Positions 33,799 to 40,561 of a stretch of DNA of 40,561 nt are shown piece after piece; the first letter of the stretch is position 1, and every line of letters begins with the position of its first letter. The notes beneath the pieces were generated by a model. It was given only the letters and a program-made list of their open reading frames with translations, was not told where the DNA came from and did no database searches. Made by a program: the position numbers and the translations under genes. This stretch comes from a virus, in UHGV virus genome UHGV-0150809; one strand, 5' to 3'.

Positions 33799-36555
33799 AT
33801 GACGGTCTCAACCGAAGTTGACCACAACGAATACACTGGTAACGGCGCTACGACATCATTTCCGTATACCTTCCGTATTTTCAAAAAATCCGACCTGGTT
33901 GTTCAGGTGTCTGACCTGAACGGGAACGTAACAGAATTGGTTCTGGATACCGGTTATACGGTAACTGGGGCGGGCACTTATAGTGGCGGTTCTGTTGTTC
34001 TTCCGTCTCCGCTTGCTGCTGGATGGCGAATTACGATAGATCGTGTGCTTGATGTAGTGCAGGAGACAGACCTTCGCAATCAGGGTAAATTTTTCCCCGA
34101 AGTGCATGAAGATGCTTTTGACTACCTGACGATGCTGATCCAGCAATGTTTTGGGTGGTTCAGACGTGCATTGATGAAACCATCTTTGCTTGCAAAATAT
34201 TACGATGCAAAGCAAAACAGAATATCTAACCTTGCTGATCCATCACTTGAGCAGGACGCTGTAAATAATCGCTCAATGCGTAATTATGTCGATGCTGCAA
34301 TCGCCGGAGTTATTGGTGGTTTTGGTTGGTTTATTCAGTATGGTTCTGGAGCAGTATACCGAACGTTCCAGGATAAGATGCGGGATAACGTTAACGCTCT
34401 TGATTTTGTTCCGTTTGAGCAAAGATATGCTGCATTAAATTTTGAAGTTGATGCGTCTGAATGGTTAATTAATGCGATAAATTCTGGTGCAAGTGTCGTT
34501 AGAATACCTGCAGGTAAATGGATGATTTCTAAGAATATAGATGTGCCTCCTGGAGTTTCATTAATTGGTGATGGAATTGATTACTGGGATACATATAGAC
34601 CAGCGCCTGAAAGATTATTAAAAAGTTGGAGTAAAGGAACCCATCTTGTATTTACTGGTGATGGAGAAAAAAACAAATATTTTTTTAACATCTCTAATGA
34701 AAGACCAGTTAAAATTGTTGAAGGGATATCTTGTAAGTTCACTGAGTTTACAAATGAAGATTCTGTAGGTGTTACTCCTGCTACACCAAAAGCCATGAGC
34801 GTAGCTGTTAGTATCAACAGGGCATCACAGTTACGCAATCTGAGAATAATGGTAAGTAAAAATGGTATTGAAGGATACAATAACCCTGATTCTTATTCAT
34901 TGGGTGATAACTGGGATATAGGGTTGCATGTATACGATAGCTGTGATTCAGTTATTGATAACGTACAGATTGTCGGCTATTGGAGGGTAAAAGGACTACT
35001 ACTGACAGAAAATGACGGGAGCCTTTCAATGAAGGGAAATCCTGAAAAAACGCACTTTAATAACGTTTATGTCCAGTCAGGGATCGCGATAAGGAATAGC
35101 CCTCAGATTGATCTTGTAAGTAATACTGAAAGCTCAGTGACATTTAAACATAAAAAGTCGATGAGAATAACTTCAGTTAAACAGTTTAAAATTGCTGGCA
35201 GTGAATCAGTATATACGTATTCAGATGCATCATTTGATGGAGCTAACATCACACTATCTGGTATTTCTCCTGAAATACAAGGTACAATAAGTGTAATCAG
35301 GTTTCCGTCAATTGGTAATAATTTTAGCGGGACTGTTTTTGAGAATACAGTAGCCACTACTCTTGATCATACATCAGGTAAGCCATCAGAATACTTTGGC
35401 CTTCCTGCATCCTTTGCATTAGAGGTTGATGGTTTCCCTGTTCGTAATTTAAGGTTTGATAAATTCAAAGCTCAAACAACATTTGATAAAGGAAATTGCA
35501 TTTTTGGTGATTGCCGTGATGTTAAAATAACATCATCTGAGTTTGAAAATGGAATTATGATTGCGTATAACCAGACCGAGACTCAGGGTTATACAGGAAA
35601 TCTTAGATTTTTTGCTTCTGATCTTCAGAGCAGCGTTAACACAAGTGAGTTTAAACCAAGAGACGCATTTGTAGACAATAGACAAATAAAAACGGAGTTT
35701 ACTGATGGTTCGTTCATTATAAAGAACTGGAGGCCTACAGATACAAAAATACAATGGTCGTCTGGAGCAGATGCTATTGTTCTTAGAGAGTCACCTGACG
35801 AACAATCAGACGGAAATATTTACGGGTATCACATTGATGGTAAAAGATGGATTAATGTTAGTGGATATAACAAAGATATAAATATTTCATCAAGAAACTT
35901 AAGCGTAAAAAACCATGGTGATGACTCTGCAGTTATTAATATATTCGGCGACTCTGGAAATATTGCCATTAAAGGTAATTTTTCACCAATTATTGATAAC
36001 AGCAAATCTCTTGGTGCACCATCATTTAGATGGGCACAGGTTTATTCTGCGAACGGTTCGATAAACACATCAGATGGTAGAGAAAAAAGTGAACCGATTA
36101 GTACAAGTGAGCTCAGCTTGTATATGTCTCGTGGTTATGAAGGTGATGCAATTCTGGATGCATGGGGAGATATCAGGATTGTAGCTTTTCGCTGGCTTGA
36201 TGCCGTCAGGGAAAAGGGAGATGGTGCCCGCTGGCATTTTGGTGTTATAGCACAACAAGTGAGAGACACTTTCCTCGCGCATGGGATTGATGGAACCAGA
36301 TTTGGCCTTCTCTGTTACGATGAATGGGATGATAAATACGCGCCAGTGATGGCGGTAAGGATGATCACTAAAGTTGTGGATGGCGTCGAAATTGAGATGG
36401 AAGAAGAATACGAAACAGAAGAGCGAACTCTGGTTTGCAAGGCTGGAAATAGGTGGGGTATCCGTACTGACCAGTGTTTATGGCTTGAGTCAGCTTATTT
36501 GCGTAGAAGAATCGAAAAAATAGAATCACGTCTTGCAATGCTTGAAAGTAGCTAA
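33799..36555 (+). CDS. Tail fibre/tailspike: T7 gp17-like N-terminal adaptor, AT-rich central receptor-binding/enzymatic region, C-terminal S74 intramolecular chaperone domain
   Basis: 918 aa; N-terminus NEYTGNGATTSFPYTFRIFKKSDLVV parallels the T7 fibre N-terminus; C-terminus contains the SDGREKS cleavage-site-like motif and following chaperone domain; central part visibly AT-richer. Confidence 0.75.
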   Translation: MTVSTEVDHNEYTGNGATTSFPYTFRIFKKSDLVVQVSDLNGNVTELVLDTGYTVTGAGTYSGGSVVLPSPLAAGWRITIDRVLDVVQETDLRNQGKFFPEVHEDAFDYLTMLIQQCFGWFRRALMKPSLLAKYYDAKQNRISNLADPSLEQDAVNNRSMRNYVDAAIAGVIGGFGWFIQYGSGAVYRTFQDKMRDNVNALDFVPFEQRYAALNFEVDASEWLINAINSGASVVRIPAGKWMISKNIDVPPGVSLIGDGIDYWDTYRPAPERLLKSWSKGTHLVFTGDGEKNKYFFNISNERPVKIVEGISCKFTEFTNEDSVGVTPATPKAMSVAVSINRASQLRNLRIMVSKNGIEGYNNPDSYSLGDNWDIGLHVYDSCDSVIDNVQIVGYWRVKGLLLTENDGSLSMKGNPEKTHFNNVYVQSGIAIRNSPQIDLVSNTESSVTFKHKKSMRITSVKQFKIAGSESVYTYSDASFDGANITLSGISPEIQGTISVIRFPSIGNNFSGTVFENTVATTLDHTSGKPSEYFGLPASFALEVDGFPVRNLRFDKFKAQTTFDKGNCIFGDCRDVKITSSEFENGIMIAYNQTETQGYTGNLRFFASDLQSSVNTSEFKPRDAFVDNRQIKTEFTDGSFIIKNWRPTDTKIQWSSGADAIVLRESPDEQSDGNIYGYHIDGKRWINVSGYNKDINISSRNLSVKNHGDDSAVINIFGDSGNIAIKGNFSPIIDNSKSLGAPSFRWAQVYSANGSINTSDGREKSEPISTSELSLYMSRGYEGDAILDAWGDIRIVAFRWLDAVREKGDGARWHFGVIAQQVRDTFLAHGIDGTRFGLLCYDEWDDKYAPVMAVRMITKVVDGVEIEMEEEYETEERTLVCKAGNRWGIRTDQCLWLESAYLRRRIEKIESRLAMLESS

Positions 36556-36784
36556 ATATTGAGGATTAATCTTAGTAGCCGGCTTGCTTATTACGAAGTA
36601 AGTTCGGCTTCTTTCTTCTTTAATTGTGACTGAGAGGTACACTAGACCATTTTCTGAACGAAATTTTCATTGCCGTAGAAGGTAGAAATACAGCGTTTTG
36701 AGGTAACTATTATCCTTAAATGGTTTATTATGTGTGAATCTTCAATAGTAAGGAGATTGTTATGCGTAATAAACGGTGTTCATT

Positions 36785-37189
36785 ATGTCAGCCCATCTAA
36801 CTACTGATTCTTTAAATCAATGGCTTAGTGTGAGCTCTCTTGCTGCAGTTATCGTAGGCGTTCCGCCAGAGGTGGCGCTCGGTGCTCTTGCTGGTGCGGT
36901 AATTTTTGTTACCTCTGCGGTAGAGTACCCAATTCATCGTCGCGTACTCTTATCGATGCTTAGCTTTCTCTGTGGACTTCTTTTCTACAAACCAGCAGCA
37001 TCAATTCTTATCGGCATAGCCAGCCTGATCCCTACCATCACGCAGGACTCTTTTGAAAAAGGGATTGTTTTCTCTGCTGGCGCATTCGTGTCAGCAATTG
37101 TCGCTGTGCGTATTGGTATATGGCTCTACCACCGTTCAGACAATCCACGCGATTTAATTCCGGGGAGAAAAGACGATGGTAACGCATGA
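36785..37189 (+). CDS. Holin-like membrane protein
   Basis: About 134 aa with 3-4 hydrophobic helices and a charged C-terminus, first gene of the lysis cassette; start uncertain (GTG 36776 or ATG 36785). Confidence 0.4.
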   Translation: MSAHLTTDSLNQWLSVSSLAAVIVGVPPEVALGALAGAVIFVTSAVEYPIHRRVLLSMLSFLCGLLFYKPAASILIGIASLIPTITQDSFEKGIVFSAGAFVSAIVAVRIGIWLYHRSDNPRDLIPGRKDDGNA

Positions 37190-37484
37190 GTTTTTTTTGC
37201 TTATCACCAATGCAGTTATTTGTACTGGCATAGCAATTCGCGTTGTCACATTCCGGCGTAACGGCTCTCAACATCGAAGATGGGGAGGGTGGCTTGCTTA
37301 TTTCCTTATTGTTGCTGCGGCCAGTATTCCTGTTCGTGTCGTCTATGCAATCTGGTTACGCACGCCAATGGCTGTGGATTTATCTGAGGTCATTATCAAC
37401 GCTGTCATGCTTGCCGCGGTTATTAAAACACGCGGTAACGTTGTTCAGATTTTCAAAATATCGAGGTCTAAACATGGAGATTAA
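37176..37484 (+). CDS. Second small membrane protein of the lysis cassette (holin/antiholin candidate)
   Basis: 102 aa, 2-3 hydrophobic helices, overlaps the endolysin start. Confidence 0.4.
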   Translation: MVTHEFFLLITNAVICTGIAIRVVTFRRNGSQHRRWGGWLAYFLIVAAASIPVRVVYAIWLRTPMAVDLSEVIINAVMLAAVIKTRGNVVQIFKISRSKHGD

Positions 37485-38103
37485 ACAATTCCAGCGAGCT
37501 GCTGGTATTAGCGAGGCGCTGGCCGCACGCTGGTTCTCGCATATAACTTCTGCGATGAAAGAGTTTGGTATCAGCAAAGCAGAAGATCAGGCAATGTTTA
37601 TTGCCCAAGTCGGGCATGAGTCTGGGGGCTTCACCAGGTTGCAGGAGAATTTCAACTACAGTGTCAGCGGACTGGCTAACTTCGTTCGGGCTGGGCGTCT
37701 CACTCAGGGGCAGGCTAATGCACTGGGTCGCCATGCTGGTGAACCACCATTGCCACTCGAGCGCCAGCGAGCGATTGCCAATCTGGTGTACAGCAAACGC
37801 ATGGGGAACAATGCCCCCGGCGATGGCTGGAATTACCGTGGCCGCGGACTTATCCAGATTACCGGTTTGAATAACTATCGTGATTGCGGAAACGGCCTGA
37901 AAGTGGACCTGCTGGAGAATCCTGAACTGCTGGCACAGGACGAATACGCGGCTCGTAGCGCGGCCTGGTTCTTCTCCAGCAAAGGCTGCATGAAGTATAC
38001 CGGAGATATTGTACGTGTAACTCTGATTATCAATGGTGGCCGGAACGGCATCGACGACCGGCGCGCGCGGTACGTCACTGCCAGTAAGGTGCTGGCTATA
38101 TGA
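37474..38103 (+). CDS. Endolysin, glycoside hydrolase family 19 (chitinase-like)
   Basis: Preferred start MEIKQFQ at 37474 after GAGGT; motif [12 protein letters not shown] and [12 protein letters not shown] typical of GH19 phage endolysins. Confidence 0.7.
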   Translation: MEIKQFQRAAGISEALAARWFSHITSAMKEFGISKAEDQAMFIAQVGHESGGFTRLQENFNYSVSGLANFVRAGRLTQGQANALGRHAGEPPLPLERQRAIANLVYSKRMGNNAPGDGWNYRGRGLIQITGLNNYRDCGNGLKVDLLENPELLAQDEYAARSAAWFFSSKGCMKYTGDIVRVTLIINGGRNGIDDRRARYVTASKVLAI

Positions 38104-38582
38104 TCTGGGCATTCGTAAAAGCATATTGGAAACAACTGGTTATCGTGGTGATGCTTGCTGCTCTGTTCATCGTCGGAGTGGTTGCCTGGAATATACACGG
38201 TAGTCGCCAGTACGATGCCGGGTATGCGCAGGCGGAAGAAGACCGCAAAGACGAAGAAGACAAAGTTCGTCAGTACTACGAACAGGAGAAAGTGACCAAT
38301 GAACGTGAAGCGCAGCAAAGAATCGACCAGGCGCGCAATGATGCTCTTGATGCTGCCGCTCGCGCTGGCAGGTTGCAGCAACAACTCTTTGCCATCCGTG
38401 AGCAGCTCAGGCAGTATAACGCCATTGTCGGCGCTGGGACGTCAGCCGCAGACACCGGAGTTTTGCTTGCCGACGTGCTCAGCAAATCTCTCGAGAGAAA
38501 CAGACAACTGGCAGAGTATGCTGACCGGGCAGCCGAAGCCGGAAGAGTCTGCGAAAAACAGTATGACACCCTGACAAGATAG
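38100..38582 (+). CDS. i-spanin (Rz-like)
   Basis: 160 aa; N-terminal TM helix then long coiled-coil periplasmic domain; directly downstream of the endolysin. Confidence 0.65.
   Translation: MIWAFVKAYWKQLVIVVMLAALFIVGVVAWNIHGSRQYDAGYAQAEEDRKDEEDKVRQYYEQEKVTNEREAQQRIDQARNDALDAAARAGRLQQQLFAIREQLRQYNAIVGAGTSAADTGVLLADVLSKSLERNRQLAEYADRAAEAGRVCEKQYDTLTR
38338..38574 (+). CDS. o-spanin (Rz1-like lipoprotein) embedded in the +1 frame of the i-spanin gene
   Basis: ORF track 38299..38574; lipobox LALAGC after a short signal peptide (MMLLMLP), Pro-rich mature region; entirely inside the Rz-like ORF. Confidence 0.55.
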   Translation: MMLLMLPLALAGCSNNSLPSVSSSGSITPLSALGRQPQTPEFCLPTCSANLSRETDNWQSMLTGQPKPEESAKNSMTP

Positions 38583-38730
38583 CATGGCATTTTTCATGGT
38601 ACTGATTTCCGGTGACGGTATATAAAACGGTACGGTGAAAATTAGGTTGAGGAAAGTTGTTATCAGTCAATTGGTTATGGTTTTCGTAAATAATTGAGTG
38701 GGAATGATTTGAACCCTGCACTATGAATGA

Positions 38731-38763
38731 ACAAAACCCTCTGTTACTACAGAGGGTTTTTTA
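38731..38763. terminator. Bidirectional rho-independent terminator between the lysis cassette and the convergent gene
   Basis: AACCCTCTG-ttacta-CAGAGGGTT hairpin flanked by an A-run upstream and T-run downstream. Confidence 0.6.
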
Positions 38764-38800
38764 TACTCACGAATCATAGGCTTGAAGTTACTGACATCGC

Positions 38801-39340
38801 TTAGTTAAACCAGCTGTCCGATTTGTTCTCTTCTGCTTTACCCACGCTTTTCATCAGATCGCGACCGCCTTCAGTCATATTTCTGTTTGCGTCAGCTTCA
38901 GATTGCACCACATCGGTTTGCGCAGCTTTGTGCTTCAGTTCCTGATCGATAAATTCGTTTTCGCGCTTGACGCGGGCTTCTTCTTTCGCCAGCGCCAGTT
39001 TTTGTTTCTGAATCTCTAAGCTGCGTAGCTCATCTTCATAACTTTGATCGCGTTTTTTGTCCGCAGTGGCTTCGGCGTCCAGTTTATCCTGACGAGCTTT
39101 CTTATTCGCCGCTGCCGTTGCCGCTCTTTTATTAGCCGCGGCCTGGGCGTTTGCGCGACGTTGCTTCTCTTGCTGGATTTCCCTGTTGCGCTCCGCGACC
39201 CATTCGTCATGCTGCCTTTGCTCTTCATTTTTACCTTGCTGTTCCGCTTCTGCGACAGCCGAGAGTTGATCCTGCAATGATGAGGCGATAGCCGGATAGC
39301 TTAAGGAGGCTAAGATGGCGCAAAGAAAAACTTTCTTCAT
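38801..39340 (-). CDS. Secreted Lys/Glu/Ala-rich coiled-coil protein
   Basis: 179 aa; N-terminal signal peptide MKKVFLCAILASLSYPAIA; charged, low-complexity helical body. Confidence 0.5.
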   Translation of the reverse strand: MKKVFLCAILASLSYPAIASSLQDQLSAVAEAEQQGKNEEQRQHDEWVAERNREIQQEKQRRANAQAAANKRAATAAANKKARQDKLDAEATADKKRDQSYEDELRSLEIQKQKLALAKEEARVKRENEFIDQELKHKAAQTDVVQSEADANRNMTEGGRDLMKSVGKAEENKSDSWFN

Positions 39341-39355
39341 GACTCCTCCTGATTA

Positions 39356-39874
39356 TTAGCTCTTTTCAGGACATTTGGTATTTGGCTGAATACGCGTTTC
39401 GTTATACGTCGTGGTAATAACAACGGCTAAACCTGTCGTAAACTGGCACTCTTTACCCACCTGGGTGGAGGTATACACTTTGGTGCCTTCCTTATATGTT
39501 AAAGAAACACCTTCCACTAAGGTTTTATCATTCACCATCGAACCCGCTGCCGCGCCTACAGCTCCGCCGCCAACTGCACCTGCCGTCGTTCCGGAATTGC
39601 TGCCAGACCCGACGTTGTGGCCGATAACACCGCCAGCGACAGCGCCAATAAGCGCGCCGAAGGCTTGTGCGTTCCGTTTATTTTGGGCGTTGTCTACGGC
39701 AACTTTTGCGGGAAGAATGGAAATAATATTAACGGTTTTAGTTTCTTGTTTGGTATTCAGTTGATCGGTTTGATAAACATCGGCAGCATGATCATCAGCA
39801 TTTGACTGGCATCCTGCCAGAGTGAATGACGCTAACATTGCCACAGGCAGAAGACATTTTTTAAATTTCATCAC
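39356..39874 (-). CDS. Lipoprotein with glycine-zipper region
   Basis: 172 aa; lipobox LAGC after the signal peptide; Gly/Ala-rich GALIGAVAGGVIGHNVG...GAVGGGAVGAAAG segment. Confidence 0.55.
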   Translation of the reverse strand: MMKFKKCLLPVAMLASFTLAGCQSNADDHAADVYQTDQLNTKQETKTVNIISILPAKVAVDNAQNKRNAQAFGALIGAVAGGVIGHNVGSGSNSGTTAGAVGGGAVGAAAGSMVNDKTLVEGVSLTYKEGTKVYTSTQVGKECQFTTGLAVVITTTYNETRIQPNTKCPEKS

Positions 39875-40184
39875 TATTCCTTGTTATACACATTACGAAA
39901 AATGAGACATTTAAGATCATCAAAAGAGGAAAGTAAATGTATTGCGTATAAAGGAATAGATTAAATTTATTAAAATTCATGCGGGAAATAATTTATAAAA
40001 ATACATCATCACAACATATGTATTAATGATGTATTTATTTCGCAGCCGAACAGGATGAACTTCAGTCAGAACAAAGACGTAAAATTTAAGATGAAAGAAT
40101 ATCTGCCGCTTTGATAATCTCAAAGAGCAAAAGCATCCGACAGCGAGGTGCCGTTATGTTCTGTGAGAGTGGAGAAGGTAACCG

Positions 40185-40376
40185 CTAACGTTGTACCGGT
40201 GATTCGACGGAGAGTGTGGATTGCTGAGCTTCTTTTTTGCTCTGATGGTGCTGCCAGGCACCGACGGACGAGTAGATAAAACGGCCAAAGAAGAAGATAA
40301 AGCTGATGAGCAGTACGATACGGGTCATGCGACTGTTAAATCGGTGTCGTTTTCGCATACTGGTTGCCTGACTCAC
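40185..40376 (-). CDS. Small hydrophobic ORF in AT-rich terminal region
   Basis: 63-aa ORF with hydrophobic core IVLLISFIFFFGRFIY; weak RBS; coding status uncertain. Confidence 0.2.
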   Translation of the reverse strand: MSQATSMRKRHRFNSRMTRIVLLISFIFFFGRFIYSSVGAWQHHQSKKEAQQSTLSVESPVQR

Positions 40377-40561
40377 AAAAGGTTCCTTGAAGTATGTCCC
40401 ACGCCGTGGACGGTACTTACATTAAGGCACAACAGGACAAAATGGTCAATTCTTCGTTATGTAAAAAAGCGTCAGTGGATACATATTTTAATGTTATGGA
40501 AGTTAATTTAATTATTTACAATGATGATGTAATAATGATGAGTTAACATGATAAACGTAAT

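Noticed and set aside
37468-38384. Minus-strand ORFs (218 aa and 169 aa) across the endolysin and spanin genes
   Set aside because: Antisense to a motif-supported GH19 endolysin and the Rz-like gene; no independent support.
1-40561. CRISPR array, integrase/attachment site, Q or N antiterminator
   Set aside because: No spacer-repeat array was seen; no tyrosine or serine recombinase ORF lies in the window (the phage left end appears to lie beyond position 1); no Arg-rich N-like or Q-like ORF was recognised.

Overview
The window is almost entirely a temperate-phage (prophage) genome with a mosaic architecture; the integrase/att end is not in the window. Positions 1-3800 hold a leftward early operon (RecT/YqaJ-exonuclease recombination pair, AlpA-like regulator, orphan DNA methyltransferase). 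Positions 3860-4980 hold the immunity region: a tandem-HTH repressor with no LexA-like peptidase domain, a divergent Cro-like gene and clustered 15-bp palindromic operators. Positions 5050-11020 hold lambda-like O/P replication genes with iterons inside O, followed by small accessory genes. Positions 11020-30410 hold a late operon: terminase, an inverted AT-rich moron plus tRNA-Arg(UCU), then a T7-like podovirus virion module (connector, scaffold, capsid, tail tube A/B, internal core proteins). Positions 30420-33700 form an accessory island: a two-gene AT-rich moron, a Bro-N antirepressor, a membrane-anchored double zinc-ribbon protein, and a short antirepressor paralog behind a perfect LexA box. 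Positions 33799-38582 hold a chimeric tail fibre/spike with a C-terminal S74 chaperone domain and a lysis cassette (holin-like, GH19 endolysin, Rz with embedded Rz1). Positions 38800-40561 hold two leftward envelope-protein genes and an AT-rich region, either cargo or host flank. The best candidates for an undescribed system are (i) the SOS/antirepressor induction circuit tied to a TTACC-N5-GGTAA operator found at about 12 places, including the late accessory loci, and (ii) the repressor-controlled two-gene AT-rich moron at 30666-31365. All protein calls rest on reading the six-frame translations and recalled family motifs; no database search was run. GC statements are by eye, not computed.
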